64,000 nt of DNA from Collinsella sp. (GCA_048485835.1 DBFWBE010000003.1:86399-150398), one strand, 5' to 3'. Shown: positions 38,791 to 49,521, counted from the stretch's first letter. A program made the numbers and translations. The notes: generated by a model not told the origin, from the sequence alone.

Positions 38791-38854
38791 GTCGGATACT
38801 CCTTATATAGCTAAAGTCCGCTCTACATCCTAGCAGGCCGCCAGCCCAAAAGAA

Positions 38855-39430
38855 CTACTTTTTGGCGGCTTTGCGCTCGTCGCGGATGCGGGCGCGGTCC
38901 ATGGCCGCCTCGACGGCAGAGAAGCGGCAACCACAGTAGTTCTGCCGATACATGCCAAGCTCGCGCGAACGACGCGTGGCCTCGGGGTAATACGGGCGAA
39001 AATCGCGAATCACCGGAGTGAGACCGCGAGCGGCAGCCAGACGCTCCAACACATCATTGCAGGTTTCGAACAGCTGATACGGCGAAACGGCGAGCGTCGT
39101 GCCCACATATTCAAACCCGTGCTCCTGGGCCACACGGCATGCCTCGGCCAGACGCAGGGCATAGCACGCACGACAGCGGCGGGGTCGATCGGCGCCCAAC
39201 GGGGCCACACCGACCTCCCAGCGCTCGCGGTCCTCCCCCGCCTCGATAAGCTCGATGCTGCCGTCGGCACACCACCGGCGCAGCTCGACCAGGCGCCGCT
39301 GCCATTCATCGCGCGGTTGAATATTGGGGTTGGTCCAGCAAATCGTGGGCTCAAACCCCTCCTCGCGCAGCAGGCGAACCGGCTCAAGCGAGCATGGTGC
39401 ACAGCACGCATGCAGCAACAACGACTTCAT
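38855..39430 (-). CDS. queH: Epoxyqueuosine reductase
   Basis: LHACCAPC, NPNIQP, RCRAC, YRQNYCGC. Adjacent to queA. Confidence 0.93.
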   Translation of the reverse strand: MKSLLLHACCAPCSLEPVRLLREEGFEPTICWTNPNIQPRDEWQRRLVELRRWCADGSIELIEAGEDRERWEVGVAPLGADRPRRCRACYALRLAEACRVAQEHGFEYVGTTLAVSPYQLFETCNDVLERLAAARGLTPVIRDFRPYYPEATRRSRELGMYRQNYCGCRFSAVEAAMDRARIRDERKAAKK

Positions 39431-39440
39431 CGACATCTCC

Positions 39441-40007
39441 TCACCCAAAAAAGCGCACGCCAAAGGACGTATCCTCGCAGGCGACAATGCGACGGTCGCG
39501 CAAAATGGTCCGCACGTAATACCAGTCGCCTACACAGCCCGACAAATGCAAGCCGGCAGCCAGATAGCACAGCAGCGGATAGCCCGAAAACGCAAACCCC
39601 AGGGCAAACGCTGTCGTCACAACAACCGTCGGCGCCAGGCAAATTGCCATATACCGCCGGCGCGAATACACAATCCCCTCGGCGCAGGCATAGATCATCG
39701 CCGTCTCGCGATTCGCCCCAAAGGTCACCTTCGCGCCCGCAGGCGCCAGCAGCTTAAAGAACACCGCGTGCACCAGCTCGTGCACGGCGAACGACGCCAT
39801 TGAGATCGCAGCCAAGCCGACTATCCAGCCCACAACAGCCATCCAGCCGCCCGCGTCAGCCGCATCCAGATCCGCAGGCCCGCCCAGCAGCATAAACACC
39901 GGCACCAGGCACACGGCAAACACGCCGACGACGACCATCCCCCACACGAAGCAAGCGTGCAGAAAATCCTCGTCTTCAAACGCATGTATGTTGGAAATCT
40001 CATTCAT
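39441..40007 (-). CDS. DUF3267 family putative membrane zinc metalloprotease
   Basis: VHELVHA, LAP, GCVGD, hydrophobic segments. Confidence 0.8.
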   Translation of the reverse strand: MNEISNIHAFEDEDFLHACFVWGMVVVGVFAVCLVPVFMLLGGPADLDAADAGGWMAVVGWIVGLAAISMASFAVHELVHAVFFKLLAPAGAKVTFGANRETAMIYACAEGIVYSRRRYMAICLAPTVVVTTAFALGFAFSGYPLLCYLAAGLHLSGCVGDWYYVRTILRDRRIVACEDTSFGVRFFG

Positions 40008-40139
40008 AGCATCTTAGGATAGCGCCCCTGCCACGCACCCGCCCGCATGTGCGATAATGTCGAACGATATGCACGAATTGACCACTGCGTCGCCAGGCCT
40101 TGCGCCCGGCCGCGCTCTCACCATATGCGAAGGAGTCCC

Positions 40140-42290
40140 ATGGCATCCAAATACTCCATGAACGACCGTCCCAGCTGGCCTCGCCGCGCCATCGTTACCG
40201 CCGGCGAGCCCTACGGCAACAAGGGCCTTCACTTTGGCCACGTTGGCGGCGTCTTTGTCCCTGCCGACTTCTTCGCCCGCTTCCTGCGCGACCGTCTGGG
40301 CCGCGAGAACGTCATCTTCACCTCGGGCACCGACTGCTACGGCTCGCCCATCATGGAGAGCTACCGCAAGCTCAAGGAGAACGAAGGCTACGACAAGTCC
40401 ATCGGCGAGTATGTCGAGTCCAATCACTCCCGCCAGGCCGCGACCCTCAACAACTACAACATCAGCTGCGATATCTACGGCGGCTCAGGCCTTGAGCCGG
40501 CTGCGCAGATTCACAACGAGGTGACCGCCGAGATTATCAAGCGCCTGCACGAGCGGGGCACCATCTCCAAGCGCTCCACGCTGCAGTTCTACGATGCCAA
40601 GGCCGGCACGTTCCTCAACGGCCGTCAGGTGATCGGCCGCTGCCCCATCCAGGGCTGCAAGTCCGAGAAGGCCTATGCCGACGAGTGCGACCTGGGCCAC
40701 CAGTTTGAGCCCGAGGAGCTCATCGCGCCCAAAAGCCAGCTCACCGGCGAGGTGCCCGAGCTGCGCCCGGTCGACAACCTCTACTTCGACCTGCCGGCCT
40801 ACCTCGACTTTATGAAGACCTATACCGCCAAGCTCGCCCAGAACCCGCAGGTTCGCTCCGTGGTCTCCAAGACCATGGAGGAGTGGCTGCTGCCGGCCCA
40901 GCTCTACATCCAGAACAAGTTCCGCGAGGCCTTCGATGCCGTCGAGGATCAGCTTCCTGAGCACACCGTGCTGGAGCCCGAGGGCAACAAGAGCAGCTTT
41001 ACCGTCACCTTCCCCAGCTGGAAGGAGCGCGACGACGCCCACGCGGTGCTCGCCAACGGCGGCGTGCGCTTCCGCAGCGGCAAGGCGCTCGTGCCCTTCC
41101 GCATCACCGGCAACATCGACTGGGGCGTTCCGGTGCCCGAGGTCGACGGCGTGAACGACGTCACCTGCTGGTGCTGGCCCGAGAGCCTGTGGGCGCCCAT
41201 CAGCTACACCCGCACCGTGCTCGCACGCGATGCCAAGGCCGCCGGCGTGACCGAGGGTGTCGCCGCCCAGGATGCCGCCCTCATGGGCGAGCCCGCTGCC
41301 GACTCCACGCAGGTGCCCGCGCCCACCTACCAGCACAGCTCGCTCGACTGGCGCGACTGGTGGTGCTCGGACGACGCACAGATCTACCAGTTTATCGGCC
41401 AGGACAACATCTATTTCTACTGCATCGCGCAGACCGCCATGTGGGAGGCCCTGGGCTGGGACCTCACGCAGAGCACCGTCAGCGCCTGCTACCACCTGCT
41501 CTACATGGGCAAAAAGGCCAGCTCGTCCTCGCAGACGCCTCCCCCGCCGGCAGACGACCTGCTCAACCACTACACCTGCGAGCAGATGCGCGCGCACTGG
41601 CTGTCGCTCGGCCTGTCCGAAAAGCCGGTGAGCTTTAGCCCCAAGGCATACGACACGCGTGTGACTGGCAAGGACAAGGACGGCAACGAGGTGCGCGCCT
41701 GCGACGACAAGCGCGTCATCGATCCGGCCCTTAAGGAGAGCGCCCTTTTGACCGGCGTGTTCAACCGTCTGGCCCGCAGCTGCTTCTACGGCGTCGCCGT
41801 CAAGGAGGGCGACGAGAGCCCCTATCGCAACGGCTGTATCCCCGCCGGCGCGGCTTCTGCCGCCGTGGTCGAGGCTGCCGAGCAGGCAGCTCTCGCCTTT
41901 GAGCAGGCCATGTACAAGTTCGAGACGCACCGCGCGCTTGCCGTGTGCGACGACTACCTGCGCGCCGCCAACAAGCGCTGGAGCGACGCCTCCAAGGCCG
42001 CCAACAAGCTCGAGGGTAATGAGGCAAACGCCGCGATGGCGCAGGCCCTCGTCGACGCCTTTAGCGAGCTGCGCGTGGCGACCGTGCTCATGCACGGCAT
42101 CGTCCCGGCCGGCTGCGAGCTCATCTGCGAGTACTTCGACGTCGACCCGGTCGCCTTCTTTAGCTGGGATAACATCTTTGCCTCCACGGATGAGTTTGTG
42201 GAGAGCCTGGGCGAGAAGCCCGGCGAGCACCGCGTGAAGCCGCTGCCCCCGCGCTTCGACTTCTTCAGCAAGCACGAGAGCCAGTACTAA
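40140..42290 (+). CDS. metG: Methionine--tRNA ligase (atypical)
   Basis: PYGNKGLHFGH (HIGH), SGTDCYG, Zn knuckle CPIQGC...DECDLGH, WGVPVP, FIGQDNIYF. KMSKS appears as KASSS. Confidence 0.85.
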   Translation: MASKYSMNDRPSWPRRAIVTAGEPYGNKGLHFGHVGGVFVPADFFARFLRDRLGRENVIFTSGTDCYGSPIMESYRKLKENEGYDKSIGEYVESNHSRQAATLNNYNISCDIYGGSGLEPAAQIHNEVTAEIIKRLHERGTISKRSTLQFYDAKAGTFLNGRQVIGRCPIQGCKSEKAYADECDLGHQFEPEELIAPKSQLTGEVPELRPVDNLYFDLPAYLDFMKTYTAKLAQNPQVRSVVSKTMEEWLLPAQLYIQNKFREAFDAVEDQLPEHTVLEPEGNKSSFTVTFPSWKERDDAHAVLANGGVRFRSGKALVPFRITGNIDWGVPVPEVDGVNDVTCWCWPESLWAPISYTRTVLARDAKAAGVTEGVAAQDAALMGEPAADSTQVPAPTYQHSSLDWRDWWCSDDAQIYQFIGQDNIYFYCIAQTAMWEALGWDLTQSTVSACYHLLYMGKKASSSSQTPPPPADDLLNHYTCEQMRAHWLSLGLSEKPVSFSPKAYDTRVTGKDKDGNEVRACDDKRVIDPALKESALLTGVFNRLARSCFYGVAVKEGDESPYRNGCIPAGAASAAVVEAAEQAALAFEQAMYKFETHRALAVCDDYLRAANKRWSDASKAANKLEGNEANAAMAQALVDAFSELRVATVLMHGIVPAGCELICEYFDVDPVAFFSWDNIFASTDEFVESLGEKPGEHRVKPLPPRFDFFSKHESQY

Positions 42291-42307
42291 AGCACGCTAG
42301 TAGCAAC

Positions 42308-42428
42308 GCGCCCGGGAATGATTATTCTGGGACGGGGATTAAAAAATCATTCCCGGGCGCCACAGTACAGTCTTTTTGTGACGGGAGTCATGGAATGATT
42401 ATTTAATCCCCGTCCCAGAATAATCATT
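42308..42428. repeat. Inverted pair of GGGAC-loop REP-like hairpins
   Basis: GGGAATGATTATTCTGGGACGGGGATTAAAAAATCATTCCC and inverted AATGATTATTTAATCCCCGTCCCAGAATAATCATT. Confidence 0.75.
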
Positions 42429-42447
42429 TAGGTGGAAGGAAAGACGG

Positions 42448-43551
42448 ATGTCCAAGCCGCGTCGTCGTAAGCAGAAAAAGCAGGTTAAGCCCGAGCTCAA
42501 GCTTAGGCAGTTTGCCTCCACCGAGCTTTCCGACCAGCTTGCCGCCCAACACTCCGCCGCCGACCTGCCGCGCTTTATGGTCGACACGGTCGCCGGCGCC
42601 TATGCGCCCGCCGATGCCAAGCTCATGATCGAGGGCTTTGGTGCCGCGGCCACACGCCCGGTCACACTGCGCGCCAACACGCTCAAGGCGACCGCCGAGG
42701 ACATCGCTGCGGCGCTCGATGCAGCCGGCATCGCCCACAACCCCGTCGTCTGGTACCCAGACGCCTTTATCCTGCCCGAGGCCCAGGTTTCCGATCTGTG
42801 GGATCTCGACATCTACCGCGACGGCAAAATCTATCTGCAGAGCCTGTCGTCCATGATGCCGCCGTTGGCCCTGGGCGTTCAGGCCGGCGAGGACATCCTG
42901 GACATGTGCGCAGCCCCCGGCGGCAAGACAACGCAGATCGCCGCCCTCACCCAGGGCCAGGCACACCTCACGGCCTGCGAGATGAGCATTCCCCGCGCCG
43001 AAAAGCTTGAGTCCAACCTCCACCGCCAAGGTGCCAAAAACGTGCCCGTCATGCGCATCGACGCACGCGAGCTCGACGAGTTCTTCCGCTTTGACCGCAT
43101 CCTGCTCGACGCTCCCTGCACCGGCACGGGCACCGTCATCAACGGCAACGAGAAAAGCCTGCGCGGCCTCACCGAGCAGTTGCTGAGCAAGTGCGCCCGC
43201 TCGCAGCGAGCACTTCTGGACCGCGCCATGGGTGCCCTCAAACCGGGCGGCACGCTCGTCTATTCGACCTGTTCGATCTTGCCGCAGGAAAACGAGGACG
43301 CCCTGCAAGAGGCCCTCGACAAGCATATGGACTGCGAGCTTATCCCCCTCGACGGCACGCCGAGCGAAAGTGAGGCACGCCGCGCCCAGGAAGCTGGTGA
43401 GGAGCCGCGCATCGAGTCCAACGCCCTGACCGAGGCCATTGCCGCGGGTCAGGTATCGGCCATCGCCAACGGCCTGCCCGGCACGCTCACCATTCCGCCT
43501 AGCCGCGACTTTGAGGGCTTCTACATTGCCCTGATCCGAAAACGCAGCTAG
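42448..43551 (+). CDS. RsmB/RsmF (NOL1/NOP2/Sun) m5C RNA methyltransferase
   Basis: YLQSLSSM, DMCAAPGGKT, LLDAPCTG, YSTCS...ENE. Confidence 0.92.
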   Translation: MSKPRRRKQKKQVKPELKLRQFASTELSDQLAAQHSAADLPRFMVDTVAGAYAPADAKLMIEGFGAAATRPVTLRANTLKATAEDIAAALDAAGIAHNPVVWYPDAFILPEAQVSDLWDLDIYRDGKIYLQSLSSMMPPLALGVQAGEDILDMCAAPGGKTTQIAALTQGQAHLTACEMSIPRAEKLESNLHRQGAKNVPVMRIDARELDEFFRFDRILLDAPCTGTGTVINGNEKSLRGLTEQLLSKCARSQRALLDRAMGALKPGGTLVYSTCSILPQENEDALQEALDKHMDCELIPLDGTPSESEARRAQEAGEEPRIESNALTEAIAAGQVSAIANGLPGTLTIPPSRDFEGFYIALIRKRS

Positions 43552-43575
43552 CGCACGGATCCAAAACTCAACAAG

Positions 43576-43746
43576 CTATCTCCGTGCGCGTTTGCCCTGC
43601 TGGTCGCGATGCTGTTTAAGCGTCGCGCGCTCCTTGCGTTCGGGCCTTTTGCCCTTAATGGCCGTGACCACAAAGTAGATGACCGCGGCGGCAACGATTG
43701 CGCCCACGCACAGGCCAATCGAGCTAAACATTGCTGTCAATTCCAT
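43576..43746 (-). CDS. Small single-TM protein (56 aa), not in the ORF track
   Basis: GAGGTG RBS. MELTAMFSSIGLCVGAIVAAAVIYFVVTAIKGKRPERKERATLKQHRDQQGKRARR: one TM helix plus a basic tail. Confidence 0.65.
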   Translation of the reverse strand: MELTAMFSSIGLCVGAIVAAAVIYFVVTAIKGKRPERKERATLKQHRDQQGKRARR

Positions 43747-43937
43747 ACCGCGTCACCTCTCTTTTAAACGGGACATTCAAGATAGCACCTCAATACCCGC
43801 CACCACAGCTCCTTCACGTTCGCCGGCCCTTCGGTCTAACGGATGGCGCGGCGGGGAAAAATCAACTCGTCAAACGATTTAGCATTCGCAATTCCGGCTG
43901 TATAGCGCCGGCCGTTATCACATAGAATCGAGCCTCC

Positions 43938-45029
43938 ATGGATACCCTCAACGATCTAAATGAGCGCGTCGACGCCTTCGTCGGCACCAGCTCCTTCGAC
44001 ACGCCTGCCGCGGCAAACGACCAAGCTCCCATCGATGTGCCCGCCGAGGTTCACGAGGACATCGTCGCCTCGGTCGATTTCTCCGAGGTCGAGCTCGCAG
44101 ACGAGTTCACCGAGCCCCAGGTAGCCGTGACCCCCAACGGACTGCTCCCCATGGAGCCACTGCCCATCGACGGACGTTTGCGCAAGGCGGCCCTTCGCAT
44201 GCCCGACGAGATCGAGGAGGCCAGCGGCTTCACGCTCTTCGGCCGTCGTATCAAATCGCTCATCTACACCACCGACGTGGCCGTCATCCGCAACTCCAAT
44301 GCCGATGCCGTCTTTGCCGTTTACCCCTTCACGCCGCAGCCGGCCATTACGCAGGCGCTGCTGACCGTCGCCGAGTGCCCGGTCTTTGTAGGTGTGGGCG
44401 GCGGAACTACGACCGGTAAGCGCTCCGTGCAGATGGCAGCCGTCTCCGAGATGCAGGGCGCGGCGGGCTCCGTGGTCAACTCCCCCGCCACTGCCGAGAT
44501 GGTCGAGCACATCACCAACATCGCCGATATCCCCGTCATCGCCACGGTTGTACGTTGCGACGATGATGCGCATGCCAAAGTGCGCGCCGGAGCCAAGATT
44601 CTCAACATCGCCGCCGGCAAAAACACACCCCAGGTCCTGCGTGAACTGCGCGAGCACTATCCCAACCTGCCGCTCATCGCGCCGGGCGGCAAGACGCCCG
44701 AGAGCATCCGTGAAACCATCGCCGCCGGCGCCAACGCCATCATCTGGACGCCGCCTTCGGCCCAGCAGCTACAAACCGACATGATGCAGCGTTATCGCAA
44801 GATGAAGGAAGACGCCACACCTGTCATCTCGCGCGACGATGTGCCCATTATCGATCAGGTCGCCGCCGCCGAGGTCAGCCAGGTCGAGAACATGAATCCC
44901 GACGTGCCGATTCCCGACGAAGTCATCGAGCGCGTTGCTTCGATCCACGAGCGCGTCGAGGAGCATCGCGCCAACCGCGGCCTCAAGCCGTCACTGCACG
45001 GCTTCTTCTTCCGCGGAAAGAAACGCTAG
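43938..45029 (+). CDS. Conserved TIM-barrel-like protein (often annotated 'hydrolase') with acidic extensions
   Basis: ASG..LFGRRIKSLIYTTDVA, AVYPFTP, GVGGG.T.G, GANAI. Confidence 0.7.
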   Translation: MDTLNDLNERVDAFVGTSSFDTPAAANDQAPIDVPAEVHEDIVASVDFSEVELADEFTEPQVAVTPNGLLPMEPLPIDGRLRKAALRMPDEIEEASGFTLFGRRIKSLIYTTDVAVIRNSNADAVFAVYPFTPQPAITQALLTVAECPVFVGVGGGTTTGKRSVQMAAVSEMQGAAGSVVNSPATAEMVEHITNIADIPVIATVVRCDDDAHAKVRAGAKILNIAAGKNTPQVLRELREHYPNLPLIAPGGKTPESIRETIAAGANAIIWTPPSAQQLQTDMMQRYRKMKEDATPVISRDDVPIIDQVAAAEVSQVENMNPDVPIPDEVIERVASIHERVEEHRANRGLKPSLHGFFFRGKKR

Positions 45030-45033
45030 CCGC

Positions 45034-45078
45034 AACAGCAAGGCCCGCCCCACAAACAACGGGACGGGCCTTGCTGTT
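45034..45078. terminator. Hairpin between convergent genes
   Basis: AACAGCAAGGCCCG...CGGGCCTTGCTGTT. Confidence 0.65.
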
Positions 45079-45135
45079 ATCGAATGTCAGGAGGGGCAGG
45101 CGCAGCGGTTAAAACTGTCAGCCAGCCCACGAACG

Positions 45136-46026
45136 TTAATCCACGCGCTTGTCGCCCATAAAGAAGAGCGCCACCGTACCAGGTCCGGTATGCGAGCCAA
45201 TCAGAGTACCGATGTCATTGATCTCAATCTTGCCTTTAAGCTGCGGAACCTGTTCCTCAATCAGCACCGCAACTGCCTCGGCATCCTCGCGGCACGCCGA
45301 GTGCGACATGATGCACTTACCCGAATAATCCGCACCGTCCCGCACGTGTGCCATCATGGTCTTGGCCATCTCGGAAATCGCTCGCTTCTTAGTGCGAATT
45401 TTCTCACGTGGCGACAGCCCACCTTCGCAATCGACCGTCATAAGCGGGCAAATCTTAAGCGCCGTGCCGATGATCGCGCTCGCAGCCGAAATGCGACCGC
45501 CTCGTAGGTAGCTCGACAGATCGGTCGAGAAGAACCAGTGGTGCAGGTTGAGCTTGTGCTCCTCGATCCAGGCAGCCGTCTCGTCGAGTGAAGCCCCGCT
45601 ATCGCGCACGTCGGCGGCATATTCCAGCAACAGGCCAAAGCCCGAAGACGCCGCCAGCGAATCGATGACGTGCACCTTGCCGCCCTGGGGATAGCGATCC
45701 GCGAGCATCTGCGCCGCGACGCAGGCCGATCCATACGTGCCCGAAATACCCGACGACAACGTCAGGTGCAGCACGTCTTTACCCTCGGCAACAAACGGCT
45801 CCCAAAACTCCTCGTACTCGCCCACGCTCACCTGAGACGTCTTGGGCATGGCGCCCGCGGCAATCTGGGCAAAAAACTTGTCCGGCGTAATCGACTGATA
45901 CAGATCGTCCGTATAGACAACATCGTCGATCTCGTAATGAAAACACACGACAGGGATATTGCGCGACGCAAAGAACTCACGGGTTCGGTCGGCGGCGGAT
46001 TCACAGGTCAGGACAAAATCACTCAT
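45136..46026 (-). CDS. DegV family protein
   Basis: KTSQV, LSSGISGTY, IDS, RGGRI, HTGPG. Confidence 0.93.
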   Translation of the reverse strand: MSDFVLTCESAADRTREFFASRNIPVVCFHYEIDDVVYTDDLYQSITPDKFFAQIAAGAMPKTSQVSVGEYEEFWEPFVAEGKDVLHLTLSSGISGTYGSACVAAQMLADRYPQGGKVHVIDSLAASSGFGLLLEYAADVRDSGASLDETAAWIEEHKLNLHHWFFSTDLSSYLRGGRISAASAIIGTALKICPLMTVDCEGGLSPREKIRTKKRAISEMAKTMMAHVRDGADYSGKCIMSHSACREDAEAVAVLIEEQVPQLKGKIEINDIGTLIGSHTGPGTVALFFMGDKRVD

Positions 46027-46346
46027 ATGAGGCTCCTTACTCATTGCTGCGCAAATTATCGCACAGTGAGCCTATATACGGTACATATGTCCACTATTTA
46101 CCAAATCGAACCAAAAATAGCGAACATCTTTACCACCATCGTCTCAACCGACCCCACGCATAAATATCTGAGAAAACACCTTCTGTCGTCTCCACTCAAC
46201 CGCCATATCTACCTCAACTAAATCGATTTACCAAACCGTTCAGCCGACAATTCAGCCGCTGGCGCAAAATCGAAACAAAAGCGGCGCATACTGATAAACG
46301 TTTGACGCTGTTTATCAGTTTTACCAGCTCCATCGGAAGGTGTTTC

Positions 46347-48263
46347 ATGGTCGCATTCGATCGCAACCCGCAAGACTTTAAGTATCTGCGTCTGCTGTCG
46401 AGACAATTTCCCACCGAACAATCCGCGTTTACCGAAATTATCAACCTCTCGGCCATCCTCAACCTACCCAAGGGCACCGAGCATTTTATGAGCGACGTGC
46501 ACGGCGAGTACGAAGCCTTTATGCACATCCTCAACAACTGCTCGGGCGTCGTGCGCGAGCATGTCGACGAGATTTTTGGCGACACGCTCACCTTTGACGA
46601 AAAGGGCGAGCTGTGCACGCTCATCTACTACCCGCGCGAGAAGATCGAGCTGGTCCGCAGCCAGCGCGAGGACTCACCCACCTGGTACAAGACGATGCTT
46701 GACCAGCTCATCATGGTTGCCCGCTCGCTTTCGAGCCGCTACACCCGCTCCAAGGTGCGTAAGGCCATTCCGCGCGATTACGCCTACATCATCGACGAGT
46801 TGTTGCACACGCACCCGGACGAGAACAACTATCGCGTGCGCTATCACGAGCGCATCGTGGAGTCCATCCTGGAGACCGCCAGCGCCGACGACTTTATCGA
46901 GTCGCTCGCTTCGCTCATCAAACGCCTGGCCGTCGACCACCTGCACCTGGTGGGCGATATCTTCGACCGCGGCGGCGGCGCGGCCAAGATTATGGACCGC
47001 CTGCTCACCTACCATTCGCTCGACATCCAGTGGGGCAACCACGACCTGCTGTGGATGGGCGCTGCGGCCGGTGAGCCTGCATGCATCGCCACGGTGCTGC
47101 GCAACAACCTGCGTTACGACAATTACGAGATCCTCGAGAACGACTACGGCATCTCGCTGCGTGAGCTTGTCGCCTTCGCAGACGCCACCTATACCGCCGG
47201 TGAGTCCATCACCCCGCTGATCAAGGCCATCAACGTGCTGCTCTTTAAGCTTGAGGGCCAGATTATCCAGCGTCACCCCGAGTTCGACATGACCGACCGC
47301 CTGCTGCTCGACAAGATTGACCACGACACCGGCACGGTCACGCTCGCCGACGGCAGCGTGTGGCCGCTCACGACCAACGACTTCCCTACCGTCGACCCGG
47401 CAGACCCCTATACGCTCACGCCCCAGGAGCAGCACATCATCGACAAGCTCGTGTCCGAGTTTGTCACCGCCGATCACCTGCATCGCCATATCGATTTCCT
47501 CTATTCCCACGGCTCGATGTACAAGGTCGCCAACGGCAACCTGCTCTTCCACGGCTGCGTTCCGCTCAACGAAGACGGCACCTTTAGCAGCATGAACTGT
47601 CTGGGCACCTGGCACGCCGGGCGCGATTATCTCGATTTTTGCGACCACATCGCCCGCCGCGCCTGGCGCGTGGGCGACCGCGACGCCCTCGACTGGATGT
47701 GGTACCTGTGGATTGGCTTTAACTCACCCGCCAGCGGACGCCTGGTGCGTACCTTTGAGCGCGCCTATATCGCCGATAAGAGCACCTGGGTCGAGCCGAT
47801 GGACCCGTACTTTACGCTTACCAAGTCGCCCTCGGTCTGCGATGACATCATGCGCGAGTTTGGCGTCGCGCCCATGGCATGCTCGCCGACCGGCCACATC
47901 ATCAACGGCCACACGCCCGTTAAAACCACCAAGGGCGAGCAGCCCATCCGCGCCGAGGGCAAGCTGCTGGTCATCGACGGCGGCTTCTGCCGCGCTTACC
48001 ATCCCAAGACGGGTATCGCCGGCTATACGCTCATCTCGAGCTCGCGCGGCTGCCGTCTCAAGTCGCATCAGGCCTTTACCACCGTCGCCGAAGCGCTCAC
48101 GCGCAACATCGACATCGAGAGCGAGACCAACCGTTTTGACCAAGCAGACCGTCGCCGCATGGTGAGCGACACCGATACTGGCGCCAAGATCCGCAGCCAA
48201 ATCCAGGACCTGCGTCAGCTGCTCGATGCATATAGAAACGGTGCTATCGAGGAGCGCGCCTAG
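46347..48263 (+). CDS. fbp: Fructose-1,6-bisphosphatase class III
   Basis: NLPKGTEHFMSDVHGEY, GDIFDRG, WGNHD, INGHTPV, IDGG, GIAGYTL. Confidence 0.96.
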   Translation: MVAFDRNPQDFKYLRLLSRQFPTEQSAFTEIINLSAILNLPKGTEHFMSDVHGEYEAFMHILNNCSGVVREHVDEIFGDTLTFDEKGELCTLIYYPREKIELVRSQREDSPTWYKTMLDQLIMVARSLSSRYTRSKVRKAIPRDYAYIIDELLHTHPDENNYRVRYHERIVESILETASADDFIESLASLIKRLAVDHLHLVGDIFDRGGGAAKIMDRLLTYHSLDIQWGNHDLLWMGAAAGEPACIATVLRNNLRYDNYEILENDYGISLRELVAFADATYTAGESITPLIKAINVLLFKLEGQIIQRHPEFDMTDRLLLDKIDHDTGTVTLADGSVWPLTTNDFPTVDPADPYTLTPQEQHIIDKLVSEFVTADHLHRHIDFLYSHGSMYKVANGNLLFHGCVPLNEDGTFSSMNCLGTWHAGRDYLDFCDHIARRAWRVGDRDALDWMWYLWIGFNSPASGRLVRTFERAYIADKSTWVEPMDPYFTLTKSPSVCDDIMREFGVAPMACSPTGHIINGHTPVKTTKGEQPIRAEGKLLVIDGGFCRAYHPKTGIAGYTLISSSRGCRLKSHQAFTTVAEALTRNIDIESETNRFDQADRRRMVSDTDTGAKIRSQIQDLRQLLDAYRNGAIEERA

Positions 48264-48341
48264 CACCACCCGCGGGGATTGGCTAAACTTGCTGAGTTTG
48301 TCATCCCCGCGGCGCTTCGGCGCCAGCTTAAGGCAGGTACC

Positions 48342-48737
48342 ATGCAAAAGCTCCTTGCGCAGATCATGAAATTTGGCGTCGTCGGTGTCATTGCCACGGT
48401 CATCGACTTTGGCATTATGAATCTGCTCCACTACGGTCTGGGCCTCAACATCCTAATCGCCAACACCAGCGGCTTTATCATCTCACTCATCTTTAACTAC
48501 CTCGCCAGCATGAAGTACGTGTTTGCGCACAAGGAGGGCATGAGCCGCCGCCGCGAGTTCATTATCTTTGTCGTGCTGTCCGTGATCGGCCTGGCACTCA
48601 ACGACGGTATCGTGTTGACACTCAACGCCGGCCTGGGACTCGAGGCCAATATCGCCAAGATCTGCGCCACCGCGCTTGTCATGGTCTACAACTTTGTGAC
48701 CCGAAAGATCTTCCTGGAAGGCGACGAGACCAAGTAA
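48342..48737 (+). CDS. GtrA family protein
   Basis: QIMKFGVVG, NY..SMKYVF, AKI.AT..V..YNF. Confidence 0.9.
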   Translation: MQKLLAQIMKFGVVGVIATVIDFGIMNLLHYGLGLNILIANTSGFIISLIFNYLASMKYVFAHKEGMSRRREFIIFVVLSVIGLALNDGIVLTLNAGLGLEANIAKICATALVMVYNFVTRKIFLEGDETK

Positions 48738-48955
48738 CTCGCAACCTTGCAGCTTTACGATGCCCACGGATGACGCACGTCGAGCGCTGTGTTGTTCGTG
48801 GGCTTTGCTCGTTTACGGGCAAATTTTCAACGTTTGCGGATTAGCTCTTGAAAATTTGGCGAGTTCATATAGTTCTTGGCAAAGACCTTACGTTTCCCTT
48901 GTAAAAGCTCTAAAGTATCCTCTGCTCGATTCATCAACGCATTGGATGTGATTAC

Positions 48956-49363
48956 GTGCGCAAGGCGCTGGCACAACCTCATACCAAGCAGTTCCTCAAG
49001 TTTGCTGTCGTGGGTCTTATCTCCTTTGGCATCGACTGGGGCATGCTCATTGCGCTCGTCGAGCTGTTCCACCTCGACTTTTTGATGAGCACCACGGTTT
49101 CGTTTATCACGTCCGTCGTGGTCAACTACTGGCTCAGCATGAAGTACGTGTTCGACCACCGCGAAGGCATGAGCCGCAAGCGCGAGTTCACGATCTTCAC
49201 CATCCTGTCGGTGATCGGCCTGGGCCTCAACGACCTGTACATGTTTGTGGGCGTCACGTTTTTGAGCATCGGCTACCAGGCCATGAAGGCCATCGCCACG
49301 TTCCTCGTCACCTGGTACAACTACTTCAGCCGCCGCTTCTTCCTCGAGGGCGCACGGTCGTAG
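48956..49363 (+). CDS. GtrA family protein (tandem paralog)
   Basis: QFLKFAVVG, NYWLSMKYVF, EGMSRKREF. Confidence 0.88.
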   Translation: MRKALAQPHTKQFLKFAVVGLISFGIDWGMLIALVELFHLDFLMSTTVSFITSVVVNYWLSMKYVFDHREGMSRKREFTIFTILSVIGLGLNDLYMFVGVTFLSIGYQAMKAIATFLVTWYNYFSRRFFLEGARS

Positions 49364-49521
49364 TCGATTCACTATTTGCTTGAATGTATAACCGGTTGGA
49401 ATTCCCATTCCAACCGGTTTTTGTTTGCAGAGAGACCCGGCGACCCAGTCCCATTCGCATGAAAAACGGGCGGTCCGGATGTTGGTCCGAACCGCCCGTC
49501 TGGCGCGCTATGTCGAGGCCT

